From: Octopus vulgaris
Lineage: Eukaryota
DNA length: 64,000 bases
Assembly (NCBI GenBank): GCA_951406725.2
Contig: OX597821.1
Span: 68,262,001 to 68,326,000 of the forward strand
Direction of reading: 5' to 3'
Position 1 is the stretch's first letter, and each line of letters opens with the position of its first letter. Made by a program: the position numbers and the translations under genes. The notes beneath the pieces are model-generated. The model saw nothing but the letters and a program-made list of their open reading frames with translations. It was not told where the DNA came from and searched no databases. This document shows, piece after piece, positions 42,049-55,988 of the stretch.

Positions 42049-42998
42049 GAGACCTATAGGTATATAGGCCTATGAGTATGTGTTTCTTCAGACAGACAGG
42101 CAGACAGATAGATTGATAGATAGATTTGAGTAAAATAAGTTATTTTTTTAATATGGGAGGTAAATATTTCTATTTCATATCCATATTTATGGTATAACAC
42201 ATGTTTTCATATAACACCCTAACTATTAAAATATTAGTGTATGTATTCACAAGGTGAGTTTTGCAAACGAAACAAATAGAATATCACATATTGCTGAAAA
42301 GTTTTTGTATAAAAATAAGTTTTCGTTGAAAAAGCTTTACTGAATATGTTTTTGTGCATATTGTAACTAAAGGTAGTTCTGTAAAAGTGACATCACGTTA
42401 CAAACCAGTTTTGTTAGCATGCTGTTTAAGAAAGTATAAAGTATGTTCAACAATACATTCTTTAACCATCTCGTAGGAGAGATGTTTAGCCAGTGCCCTC
42501 ATCAGAGTAAATTCATGTTAGAAGCATGGAACTCCCTCTTTGCCAACTAAAGTGATGCAGCCATCATCAGGCATTTTCAGCATAACTGGAACCTAACTAA
42601 GGAGATAACTCCGCTTCGCCCAAGGTGTTGACAGTAAAATTTCGTTCCGGAATTTGTTTTGTTTACTAATTAACAACCCGTGATATTTCCATCCTTCCAG
42701 CCGTCGAGAAGTTATGTACTTATGGCCATTTGAATCTGATGTGTGGCCTATACGGCTAAGCGCTTGATAGGTACGAAACTGAACGGCCATAACAAACAAT
42801 TTTCGAAATTTAAATTTATATATATATATATATATATAATTTTCTTAATATAATTTATATATACATACATAAATGTAACTTCTTTTATGCTTTATCTTTA
42901 CTTGATTCATAAGGTTTGGGTTGGCCCAAGGCTATAACAGAAGATATTTGTCCAAGGTATCACGCAGTCGGACTGAACTCGGAACCTTGTAATTGGGA

Positions 42999-43051
<53 letters not shown>

Positions 43052-43053
<2 letters not shown>

Positions 43054-43777
43054 CCTTTCTACTAAAAGCACAAGGCCTGAAATTTGTGGGGATAAATCGA
43101 TTACATTGACCCCAGTGTTTCACTAGTACTTAATTTATTGACCCCAAAAGGATGAAAGGCAAAGTCAACTTCGGCGGAATTTGAACTCAGGATGTGGCAA
43201 CGGGCGAAATACCGCTAAGCATATTGCCCGGCATGCTAACGATTCTGCCAGCTAACGATTCTGCCTTGAACCATAAAAGAAGAAGAAGAAGAAGAAGAAG
43301 AAGAAGAAGAAGAAGAAGAAGAAGAAGAAGAAGAAGAAGAAGAAGAAGAAGAAGAAGAAGAAGAAGAAGAAGAAGAATCCTTTCTACTGGAAGCACAAGG
43401 CCTCAATTTTTGGGGGAAGGGATTAAGCCGATTACATTGACCCCAATACGTAACTGGTACTAATTTTATCGATCCCCAAAGGATGAAAGGCAAAGTCGAC
43501 CTCGGCGGAATTCGAACTCAAAACCTAACGGCAAACGAAATACCTATTTCTTTACTACTCACAAGGGCTAAACACAGAGGGAACAAACAAGGACAGACAA
43601 ACGGATTAAGTCGATTACATCGACCCCAGTGCGTAACTGGTATTTAATTTATCGACTTCGAAAGGATGAAAGACAAGGTCGACATCGGCGGAACTTGAAC
43701 TCAGAACGTAACAGCAGACGAAATACCGCTAAGCATTTCACCCGGCGTGCTAACGATTCTGCCAGTTCACCGCCTTG
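43052..43777 (-). mobile_element. SINE family B cluster (monomer 43052-43268, dimer 43376-43777) interleaved with (AAT)n and (GAA)n
   Basis: Three copies of the family B core on the minus strand. Confidence 0.9.
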
Positions 43778-43905
43778 AAGAAGAAGAAGAAGAAGAAGAA
43801 GAAGAAGAAGAAGAAGAAGAAGAAGAAGAAGAAGAAGAAGAAGAAGAAGAAGAAGAAGAAGAAAAGAAGAAGAAGAAGAAGAAGAAGAAGAATACACAGA
43901 CAGAG

Positions 43906-43995
<90 letters not shown>

Positions 43996-44734
43996 GGAGT
44001 GTATTCATATAACACCTGTCTTTAGTACTTTTCATCTTTTGCTCTCATTGTATTTCACTGTCCTTTCTCTGTCTATTTACCTATCTTTTCCTTTAGCTAT
44101 CAACACATCTGTAAGTTTGTGTCTTTCGTTACATTATAGACGTGTGTTGTGAGTTTGTGTGTATTTATACGTATGTGTGTATTAGTTTGTTTTTTTTATC
44201 GATATGTATGTGCGTACATCTGTGAGTATTTGAACGCGTATTCATTTGTCATCAATCATTCATTGTTGATTATCTATTTATGTCAAAACATCAAACGATC
44301 GCATTCCGTATTCGTAATTAAGAATATAATATATACATATTACTACACTAACACAGTATAAAAGTGTCTTTGCGTCTCTTCTTTTCTTTTATCCCTTTTT
44401 CGTTTTTTTTTGTTCGTTTGTGTTTTTTATTTTTTAGAATCCGTGTACCAAAACATATTTACATATTTCAAAGCTATTTAGAAGCAGCTTAAATATGTTA
44501 ATAGTCTTAACTTTACTTATATGTTGAAATATCATGCTGTTCTGATACGTTTGTAGCTTCTTAACAGTTATGAAGTTATACAAATGTTTTCATTTTCTCC
44601 TTTATTTTTTTTTCTTTCTCTATGGTTTCGTACTTTTCAACAAACACGTTGGCATATTATTAACGAAACTGACGAGAGCTTAACAAACGTTCGAAACTCG
44701 AGCCATACTACCGGGACATAATGGTAATATAATG

Positions 44735-45307
44735 ACTTCAAATTTTGACACAAGGCCAGCAATTTCGATGTAGGTCGTTAGTCAATTACATCGACACCAA
44801 TATTCAAAGGATACATATTTTATCGAGCTCGAAGAGATGAATGACAAAATCAATGGCGCTAAGCATTTTATCCGACGGACTAGTGATGCTTATTTCTTTA
44901 TTGCCCACAAGGGGCTAAACATAGAGGGTACAAACAAGGACAGACAAACGGATTAAGTCGATTACAGCGACCCCAGTGCGTAACTGGTACTTATTTAATC
45001 GACCGCGAAAGGATGAAAGGCTAACTTTACCTGGGCGGAATTTGAACTCAGAACGTAGCGGCATACGAAATATCTATTTATCTACTACCCACAAGGGGCT
45101 AAACACAGAGAGGACAAACAAGGACAGACAAACGGATTAAGTCAATTATATCGACCCCAGTGCGTAACTGGTACTTATTTAATCCACCCTGAAAGGATGA
45201 AAGACAAAGTCGACCTCGGCGGAATTTGAACTCAGAACGTAACGACAGACGAAATACCACTAAGCATTTCACCCGGCGTGCTAACGTTTCTGCCAACTCG
45301 CCGCCTT
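44735..45307 (-). mobile_element. SINE family B multimer
   Basis: A ~185-bp unit occurs at about 44893 and 45078, next to an older copy at about 44735-44885. Confidence 0.9.
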
Positions 45308-46093
45308 CAAAACCGTAATATATTAACACTGTTTCGATTCACTGTAAGCTCTTACTTGTGCTTCTAACACACAGAACATAGCCTTTTGCTATAATATGGT
45401 GATTGCTTCATTTTCACGCACTGATTGCCATCTCTTTGAGCTTCCACCTTGTTAATGGCCTTTCTGACTTTCCAACCACGACTTCGCAGATGACAATTCA
45501 GTTCCGCTGCAAATATGCATGGTTTCCAACTAGTTAAGGTCCGCACACGTCACCATTCTTCCATCGCCAATGGACTTTCGATAGAACAACAAACGTCTCC
45601 ATAAACAGACATCCGTGCATCATTGAATTATAGTGACAAATGCTTGTACAACATGTGTACCACTTTCTGAGCCTCCGTGATTAGGACTCAGTGACAGGCC
45701 GAACCGTAATGACCAATAATCACGTGAAATCAGGGGTTTTGCATCAAACTGTACCGCTTCAAAAAGGATTCTACAGTAACTGGAAGGGGTCCCTCACACC
45801 CAGTTGTTTTACTGCACGGCCTGACACTAGCCGAAGTTAGTGTAAGGTTAGATCAGTTACATGCAAATTAACCCATTACTAGTTAATTGTTCTGAGCAGG
45901 ACTTTAAACTACATCCGGTAATGGGGCCCTAGTTTGGGAGTTCCAAGGTTTTGAAGAGTGTGGCACTAACTCTTAGCCACTAATGCGCCCAGATCTAAGC
46001 TGACCCGGTGTCACAATATGTAAACATAAATATACACTTACCTACACAGACATATACACTTACCTACACAGACATACATGCATAGATATATGG

Positions 46094-46155
46094 CTTTGTA
46101 GGAAACCAGCTCCCCCCTCAGTGGAAGATGTATAATAATTAAAAAATAGAAAAGA
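46094..46155 (+). mobile_element. Extreme 3' tip of the same R4/Dong-like family as 28907-29323
   Basis: GGAAACCAGCTCCCCCCTCAGTGGAAGATGTATAATAATTAAAAAATAGAAAAGA aligns with the minus strand of about 28907-28970 and is followed by (CATA)n. Confidence 0.8.
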
Positions 46156-47156
46156 CATACATACATACATACATACATGCATGCATGCATGCATACATAC
46201 ATACATACATACATACATACAAACATACATACATACATACACGCATGAAAACATACATACATACATACATACATACATACATAAATACATACATACATAC
46301 ATACTTACATACATACATACATACATACACGCATGAAAACATACATACATACATACATACATACATACATACATACTTACATACATACATACATACATAC
46401 ATACGTACGTACGTACGTACGTACGTACATACATACATACATACATACATACATACATACATACATACATACGTACGTACGTACATACATACATACATAC
46501 ATACATACATACATACATACATACATACATACATACATAGATAAATACATACATACATACATACATACATACATACATACATACATACATACATACATAC
46601 ATACACGCATGAAAACATACATACATACATGCATGCATGCATGCATGCATGCATGCATACATACATACATACATACATACATACATACATACATACATAC
46701 ATACATACATACATACATACATACATACATACATACATACATTCGTACGTACATACATACATACATACATACATACATACATACATACATACATACATAC
46801 ATACATACATACATACATTCGTACGTACGTACATACATACATACATACATACATACATACATTCGTACGTACATACATACATACATACATACATTCGTAC
46901 GTACATACATACATACATACATACATACATACATTCGTACGTACATACATACATACATACATACATACATACATACATACATACATACATACATACATGC
47001 ATACATACATACATACGTACATACATACATACACACACACATACATACATACATACATACATACATACATACATACATACATACATACATACATACATAC
47101 ATACGTACGTACATACATACATACATACATACATACATACGTACGTACGTACATAC
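46155..47156. repeat. ~1-kb (CATA)n array with repeated variant blocks
   Basis: ACACGCATGAAAAC occurs three times and ATTCGTACGT five times within the array. Confidence 0.97.
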
Positions 47157-47426
47157 TTGGATGTAAGCATCGACAGTTCAACCAACAAACCAACTGACCC
47201 GCATATTTAAAAACACTAGGAATTCTCATAACTCAGACAGTCTTGTCACTCTATTAGCGACCGGCTTCAACTCACCCAAGAACTTACATAAAACTCAAAG
47301 AAAAATCATACATACAGACAGAGACACGCATACACATACACACATAATCACGCGCGCAGATTCACACATATATACATACATACATACATACATACATACA
47401 TACATACATACATACATACATACATG

Positions 47427-48274
47427 CGCGGTTTGATCAATAAGTATCCGGACTGTTGCCATAGTAATATAGCTAAAGCACGCTTGGCACAGATTAACCG
47501 TGGACTCTACTGTGCATGCACACTAAGTTTTAACGTTCTAGCCCACTTTCACCGTATACAGGAGTGATTGAAAGGAACGTGTGTAGCGTGTGATCGTCGC
47601 ATTGACCATGACAGAGAAATTTGTCATGGCAATAACTGCTCAGAGACCTACGCAAATTTGCAGAAAGTGTATGGAGAGGAGTGTATGAGCTGCTCACAAG
47701 TGTACGAGTGGTTCAGACGTTTTCAGGATGGCCGAAAAAAATGTTGATAGTGAGAACTGTGAAAAACATTGCAGATATGCCTGCAGCTGTACGGGGAAAT
47801 TGTCGGATCACCATCCATGAGTTATCATAGGATATGCAGATTAGTTACGGTTCAGTTCAGTCCATTATCATTGAAGATTTGGGTATGAGACTCGTGTCTG
47901 CCAAATTTGTGCCAAAACTGCTTTCAGCAGACCAAAAAGCACATGGGTTTCGGTTACACAAGATCTTGATTGTGTAAAGAACAATGAAAACTTTTTGAAA
48001 ATTTTGCGTAGGCCTCTGAGCAAGTATCGCCAAGCTTTTGGCAAAATTGAATGCAGATTCTCTGCTCAACTCTCTGCCATGGTCAATACTTCGATCACAC
48101 GCTACACATGTTCTTTCCAAGCACTGCTGTAAACAACGGAAGTGAGCTAGAACGTTAAAACTTAGTGCGCATGCACAACAGAGTTCAAGATCGATCTGTG
48201 CCAAGCGGCTTCACTCTGCGTGCTTTAGCTTCGTTATTATGGCAACAGTCCGGGTACTTATTGATCCGACCTCG
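47427..48274 (+). mobile_element. Non-autonomous mariner derivative with ~190-bp inverted ends and a decayed transposase N-terminus
   Basis: Ends ...GATCAATAAGTATCCGGACTGTTGCCATA / TATGGCAACAGTCCGGGTACTTATTGATCCGACCTCG-TA. Translation includes ETYANLQKVYGEECMSCSQVYEWFRRFQDGR and ISYGSVQSIIIEDLGMRLVSAKFVPKLLSADQK (mariner HTH and WVPHEL-like linker). Confidence 0.9.
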
Positions 48275-48563
48275 TACTTACCATTGCTACAATCTATCGA
48301 AAGTACTGTCAAAATATGTGAAACATTGAAAAGGTACGCCATGCAGTAAGATCCATGTATGCAATGATATCGATGCCTGTTTCCAAATGCGCACGTGTAT
48401 ATACATATGTATATGAATACATGTGCGCACATACGTGTCCATCCATAAATTCACGCATACTATTCTGTTCTGCATGATGTTTTCTAAATTCCTATGAAAG
48501 GTCCTTGGACGGACGGACGGGCGGACGGACGGACGGGCGGGCGGGCGGACGGACGGACGGACG

Positions 48564-48670
<107 letters not shown>

Positions 48671-48844
48671 TTACAGAGATTTACAGACAGACGACGGGCT
48701 TCCACAAGGTTTCCGTTTACCAAACTTGCCCACAAGGCTCTGGTCGACCCGGAGCTATAGTAGCCCAATGGGCAGCGCAGAGGTTGTCAAACGATGGTGA
48801 GGGACAAACACAGACACACAAACACATACGTATATATATTCTGT

Positions 48845-49032
48845 TATTCTTTTATTTGTTTCAGTCATTTGACTGCGACCATGCTGGAGCACTGCCTTTA
48901 GTCAAAGAAATCGACCCCAGGACTTATTCTTTGCAAACCTAGTACTTATTCTAGCGATTTAAGTAACTTCTAGGTTACGGAGACGTAAACACACCAACAT
49001 CAATTGTTAATCGATGGTGGGGGGACAAAAAG

Positions 49033-49073
<41 letters not shown>

Positions 49074-49349
49074 ATAGGTGAATGAATTATCCTATGTTTA
49101 TCGTCAGCATGGAAAATTCGTTGAACCGAAACCAGGGTAGCAAATTCACGTCAGAAACACGGTTGAAGCGACCTGTCCAAGGGTAGAAACTCCGGGTTCA
49201 TGTGAAGAAATTTGTATGTTGTATATGAATAAATGAAAGAATGGAGTCGAACGAAGATGTTAACAAAATTCCTTTTCTCTCGACATATGTCGAGAGTAAA
49301 GGAATTTTGTTAACATCTTCGTTCGACTCCATTCTTTCATTTATTTATA

Positions 49350-49420
<71 letters not shown>

Positions 49421-49553
49421 GGCTTGCTTCTTTCAGTTTCCGTGTACCAAATCCACTCACAAGGCATTCTTTGGTCAGCCCGAGACTATAGTAGAAAAAG
49501 ACACGTCACCAAGGTGTCAAGCAGTGGGACTGAACCCGGAGCCATTTGGTTGG
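48845..49553 (-). mobile_element. SINE family A split by an insertion in its central microsatellite
   Basis: 3' half at 48845-49035 and 5' half at 49420-49553. Confidence 0.85.
49222..49351. repeat. Near-perfect 130-bp palindrome centred on GA-CATATG-TC
   Basis: 65-bp arms, no spacer, two mismatches; abuts (TA)n. Confidence 0.93.
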
Positions 49554-49739
49554 TGTATGTGTGTTGTGCTTTTGGTTGAAAGCGTGTATGTGTGTTTGCG
49601 TTTGCGCGTTGTGTGTATGTATGCGTGTAGAGATATAGAGAAAGAGACACAGAGACAGGCAGACAGATTGACAGACAGAGGAACTGATAGACATATAAAC
49701 AGACGATAGATAGATAAATAGATAGACAGACAGACAGAC

Positions 49740-49802
<63 letters not shown>

Positions 49803-50808
49803 CACAGACAGACAGACAAACGGACAGATGGAGAGAGATAAATTAAATTACGGCTGAGCATAAATGAACCAACTAAAACTTCGAAATGAAAACGAGATGT
49901 GTGTCTATCTATGGAAGCCGTAAAAACTCATATGAATCGAGCATTTTCGGAGTGCGTGCATGGAGGACAGTATTGTAATGGGTTGTTTGAATGTTGAAGT
50001 GACTTGTAAATAAAGCAAATGATAGGGATGTGTATAAAATATGAATACATTTGCTCGACAGGCAGATAATAACAGCAACAAACGATCTCATAAAGTGACA
50101 TGGACGAGGAAGATGGAAGATTAAAAGCGTAAAAGTAAAGCTGGACGGACCAAATATTCTGTCTTATGAAGAATAGGAGAGAGAGAGAGGGGGGGGAGAG
50201 GAGAGAAGGATGAGGAGGAGCTAGAAGGGTCGGGTCGAAACGTAGCAATGGATATTGGTTTGAGTAAAATAAAAGGAAATTGCCTTTAATAATTTATTGC
50301 TTAGCTTATAGTACTGGTGGCATCATATCGTCATCGTCGTCGTCGTCGTCGTCATCGTCATTATCAGCGTTATCGTCGTCGACGTTGTCATCATCATCAT
50401 CATCATCATCATCACCAGTATCATCATTCATCATCACCGTCCTTATCATCATTATCAGCAGCAGTAGCAGCAGCAGTAGCAGTAGTTGTAGTAGTCGTAG
50501 TAACTATGATGGCGATGGTGGTTGTGGTGACGTTCTTCTTGGTGGTTGTACTTGTGATGATGATGGTGGTGACGTTGTTCTTGGTTGTTGTACTTGTGAT
50601 GGTGGTGATGGCGGCGGCGGCGGCAGCGGTGGTGGTGGTGGTGGTGGTGGTGGTCATCGTCGTCGTCGTGGAGCGGGGTGGGGTGGGGGCGGTTCTCCGT
50701 ATTTCTTGCAGGCTTTCATGGCGCTATCCAATTCAAGTCAAATCGCTCGTTTCGTTTACTCCAGATTCGCTTGATAACAATCTCGATGCTGGTTACTGAA
50801 CATGCCAC

Positions 50809-50852
<44 letters not shown>

Positions 50853-50918
50853 CAACAGCAACAACAATAACATCTCATTAACATCGCAACAACAAACAAC
50901 AACAAAACAACAGCAACA

Positions 50919-50991
<73 letters not shown>

Positions 50992-51851
50992 TGTCATCGT
51001 CATCAGGATTGATTCAAATAATAGTCCAGATTATCTTGAAGATCTACCCACCGTCTTTGGCAAGAAAGAACGGTTAGTTTACTCTAATGGGTGCCCATAG
51101 CGAAGACGGTTGGTTGGCAATAAAAATATTTAAGGACAGTGTTTCTTCCCTCCTCCACTAACCTCTTCAACCAATTGAAGAAGAAGGCGAGAGTGGGGAG
51201 TGATGCTCTGCCCTCCAGTTTTTACGAAATATGGGTGATAGCGATAACGTCGACCAGGTTAATTGGGACTACTATGATAAAGTGGCCCTAAACAAACTAC
51301 AAGAAACTATGAAAAAGCCCTTTTTTTTTTTTTTGGTGCTTTAGAGTAATCCAGAGGTTTTTGCAAAGGATGACCCAAATTAACCTAGGTGCTTTATTTT
51401 ACCTTTTTAAAGATTTTTTTCTTTCTCCTAATGGAGAACTTATCTTGCAGACATTGTAATCCAGTGTTTTTGTGGAATTCGCCTTATTACTCGAACAAAA
51501 TTCCTACTGCTCTCGTGTTTCTTCATTGTACAGCCCCAGGATCATTTATGACCAATAAACGGAAATTAATCAAATAAAATACCTGATGGTATTTATTCTG
51601 ACACTTTACGGTTTAAGGTCAAATCCTACCAAAGTCAGCTATACCTTTCATCCTTCCAGGGTCGATGAAATAAAACAGCAGCCAAGTACTAGAGTCGGTA
51701 GTGTTGACTGTTTCTTTCCCCAACAAAATTTGAGGTTTCTGCCTATGTAAGAAATTGTTATTAGTTGACGGTGGTCGGTACTGCAGTGAATGTAAGTAGG
51801 TAGAGTATATACTATATGTATGCATGTGTATATACTATATGTATGCATATG

Positions 51852-52173
51852 AAGGCGTGTGGCTTAGTGGTTAGGGGCATTCGGCTTATGATCGTAAGGT
51901 TAGGAGTTCAATTCACGGCGGCACATTCTGTCCTTGAGCAAGACACTTTATTTCACGTTGCTCAAGTTCACTCAGCTGGCAAAAATGAGTAGTACCTGTA
52001 TTTCAAAGGGCCGGCCTTGTCACACACTGTGTCACGCTGAATCTCCCCGAGAACTACGTTAAGGGTACACGTGTTTGTGGAGTGCTCAGCCACCAACACG
52101 TGAATTTCACGAGCCAGCTGTTCCGTTGATCGTATTAGCTGGGACCCTCGTCGTCGCAACCGACGGAGTGCTC
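51852..52173 (+). mobile_element. Chimeric SINE: family D-like head and core joined to a family C 3' half
   Basis: CTTGAGCAAGACACTTTATTTCACGTTGCTC is followed by GTACCTGTATTTCAAAGGGCC...GACGGAGTGC. Confidence 0.85.
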
Positions 52174-53472
52174 CTATGCATGTGTATAAGTATGTATTAT
52201 GTATGTATGCACGTAACGTATGAGCTTCTTGTATGTATGTATTCTTCTATGTATATATGTATGTATATACGTATGTATGTATGTATGTATGTGTGTATGT
52301 ATGTAGTGCATGTATATATGCATGTATGTATGTATGCATGCACTGTATGTGTGTATATACAAATGTATGCATGTATGAATATAGCGTATATATATGTATG
52401 TATGCATATATGTATATATGTATGCCTGTACGTATGTATGTATGTATGTATTATGTATGTATGTTTGTATGTATGTACGTATCTTTGTATGTACATACGT
52501 ACGTATGTATTTGAATGCAGCATGTCTGAAGAGTTAAGACGTTCTCTTCGCAATCTTGAAGTCCAGAGTTATACTGTATATATGAATAAACGTGTGTGTG
52601 TTTGTGCCTCGCCCTTACCACTGCTTGATAAGAGGTCTTGGTTTGTTTACACCTCCGTAACGTTAGCGGTTCGGCAAAAGTTCACGATAGCATAAGTAAC
52701 AAACTTTCAAATATGTACTGCGGTCGAATTGTCCAACTAAACCATTCAAGGTGATGCCCCAGCATGGTCACTGTCCAGTGACTGAAAAAAGTGGTGGTGG
52801 TGGTGGTGTTTGTTATTGTTGTTGTTTAATACCAGGCCAGGTCTGGCCCTGCAGACTTATGACTAAAGGCTTTACTGTTATGATCATCCAGTTTTATATT
52901 CAGTTATATTCAGGCGTAATGTAACTAAGACTACTCGTAATGTGCTCTCTTCGTCTTATGATGTTGTAGTATGAGATGATCCTTTAACTGCGATATCTCG
53001 TCGGTTCATTTCCACCACCTCATTCTGACTCATGTGCGATTACAAGTGACACTCAAGACTACAGGTAAATTTAGCAAGGTATGTTATCATTTATAAGTCA
53101 TACAATGCTACAAACTTTAGAAAAAAATATAACACAACCGAGATAGAAAATGGAACGAGTCTGAGTCTGTGGTCAGGTTTCGATTCAGCCTTTCAGCCTT
53201 TCAATAAAGAACTTCGCTACATTTCAATTGATCCATCTTTGGGATATTGCTAAGGTGTTGTCTTGAGGTGCGGTAGTGACTAAGACCTTTATGGGTCCCA
53301 CTGAGAATAGCGATATCAATGTAGTTTTTACAGGAGTCTATATGGTATCAATTGAGGGACATTTGACTGCTGTTTCTAACAGATCAAGTAACCTTTTACA
53401 ACTCCCTACTGGCTCAATGGCCATATTTTTATTTGTAGAATATTTTTATGCCAATGTGAGAATTATTATAGG

Positions 53473-53473
53473 C

Positions 53474-53504
<31 letters not shown>

Positions 53505-53542
53505 GCTGCTGCTGCTGCTGCTGTTGTTGTTGTTGTTGTTGC

Positions 53543-53607
<65 letters not shown>

Positions 53608-53643
53608 TTGTTGTTGTTGTTGTTGTTGTTGTTGTTGCTGCTG
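53473..53643. repeat. (GTT)n/(GCT)n trinucleotide repeat
   Basis: Seen directly. Confidence 0.97.
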
Positions 53644-54551
53644 CATTTCATACTTAATCCCAAGCTAGACATATTCAAGTAGACCTGTGACCTATAACCT
53701 ATGACATTTCCGTATTGATCATCTCATATTTTTGCATATAAGGGACTGAAGTGTTTTTATTAATACTGAATCAATATGCCCTTTTTTTTTAAGACAGCGA
53801 AGTATAGTTTGAGAGAGATTTTGTGGCTAATTCTTGAAGTATTTGATCTCATGACCTTATGACCGTAAGCTGCAACCCCCTAACCACCAAACCACGCTCC
53901 TCCAGACATTTTGATGTATTGAATGTTATTCGTGTCTGCTATTGTAAGTATAACCCTGGTGTATGTAACGTTATTTATCGCATGTGTTGACTTAAATATA
54001 TCATTTACAGGCAGAAATATAGAGGCAATACATAAAGCAAAAACTGCAAACTTCTTTTGTTTTCCTAGTCATATGGTATATATAAATATTATATGAACGA
54101 GATGAAGTATGGCGTATCACCTTGTAATGTGGATGATAGTGAACATATCACCCCAAGTGATAAAACATACACAATCCTTATATGTGATTTATTGTATAAG
54201 ACCTTGAATTGTACAACACTGATGTCTTCATTGTATTCTCATATTCGACGTGTTGTTTATATACATGAATATATGTGATAAATGATCGTATCGCCGTGAT
54301 ATTATATGTATTTGTAATATATTGTAAGTACCGCAATATTTCATATATTAACACATTTTAGAGAGTTTTATACCATCTGATAAACTATATCACATTGAAA
54401 ATCTGATGCAAAAATGTATCACACAAATGCGTTGTATAGATCACCATATTGATATGTGGCATGGTGTTTCACCAGTCTGTTGGTTGATATGATTTCTAAC
54501 TCTTTAATATGCGATATATCGCATGCTTTGACTTAATGTATCATATACATA

Positions 54552-54772
54552 CGCCGGGGTGTTGGAAAGTTCCCGGCTTTAAGAATAATCTCGAAAGGCC
54601 TAGTTGGAGGCCCAGCCTTCCGAGTTCTTTTACAGGGCTTAGAGAAAAAACTGAAGGACCGCTGCAATAAGTGTGTGAACTTGAGAGAGGAATATGTCGA
54701 ATAAAATCATAACTAACTCATCCTCCTGTATTTTCTTTTACCTAAAGCTAGGAACTTTTCAGCACTTCCTCG
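54552..54772 (+). mobile_element. Mariner-derived MITE retaining the transposase C-terminus
   Basis: TA-flanked imperfect TIRs (GGGGTGTTGGAAAGTTCCCGGCTTTA / TAAAGCTAGGAACTTTTCAGCACTTCCTCG). Encodes KLKDRCNKCVNLREEYVE*. Confidence 0.85.
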
Positions 54773-55491
54773 TACAATTATTGTTTCTCTTTTTACTTGA
54801 AAGATAGTTGAAATAAAAAAAAACACTGTTATACAAAAAATGGACAACAAAACATCCAAACATACAATACAAAGAAAACAAGGACGAGTCATTCGGAGTT
54901 TTCTATCCTCAGTCGAGTTCTAGATTATCTTTACAATTTCGGCTGGTTATACTCGATATTGCTCTAATCTGGCCAACCCCAAGGAAAAACTAAGCCAAGA
55001 GTACTAGATTCCTTGGGAGAAGGTTCGAGTGTATACGTAAACAAGGACGGGAAAAAACGGAGAATGTTACACAAATACAATGCAAATAACAGGGCATAAC
55101 AACAGGTGTCTTTCGACTAAGGACGAATTAAATTAACCTGGCGTGTGTGGAAGTAAAGCCTTACGGCAGGGTCATGAGATTTTTCAGGCACAGGGAGGAA
55201 TATAGATGTTGCACGGATGGTAGTCGAACTAAGAAAGAAAGGTTAGGCTTGGCCGAATACCGGTCACGTGGAGAGAGAAGAGAGAGAGAAGTAGAGGTAG
55301 AAGGATAGAAGAATTAAAGAAGGGCAAGAAAGAAAAATGACAGGGACACAGTGAAGTGAAAAGGGGAGGGAAAGTGAGCATGAAGGCCAGGAAATGTGAA
55401 AGAGAGGGAAGGAAAGAACGAAGAGTGGAATGAACGAAGTAAGCGTGAAAGGGAAAGAATGAAGGAAAGAATGAAAGAAAAATAAAGTCGT

Positions 55492-55653
55492 AGGCGCAGG
55501 AGTGGCTATGTGGTAAGTAGCTTGTTTACTAACCACATGGTTCCGGTTCTGTCCCACTGCGTAGCACCTTGGGTAAGTATCTTCTACTGCAGCCTCAGGC
55601 CAACCAAAGCCTTGTGAGTGGATTTGGTAGACGGAAACTAAAAGAAGCCCATC

Positions 55654-55691
<38 letters not shown>

Positions 55692-55900
55692 TTTTATTCT
55701 TTTACTTTTTTCACTCATTTGACTATGCCCATGCTGGGTGTTTGTTTACGTCCGCGTAACTTAGCGGTTCCACAAATGAAATCGATAGAATAAGTACTAG
55801 GCTTACAAAATATAAGTCCTTGAGTCGATTTGTTCGACTAAAGGTGGTGCTCCAGCGTGGCCGCAGTCAAATGACTGAAACAAATGAAAGAATAAAAGAA
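55492..55900 (+). mobile_element. SINE family A
   Basis: Homology. Degenerate minus-strand copies also lie at about 56215-56800 and 57945-58320. Confidence 0.9.
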
Positions 55901-55917
55901 TATATACATACATATAC

Positions 55918-55988
<71 letters not shown>

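Noticed and set aside
44893-45307. CRISPR-like repeat array
   Set aside because: The units are ~185-bp SINE multimers without unique spacers, in a eukaryotic context with no cas genes.
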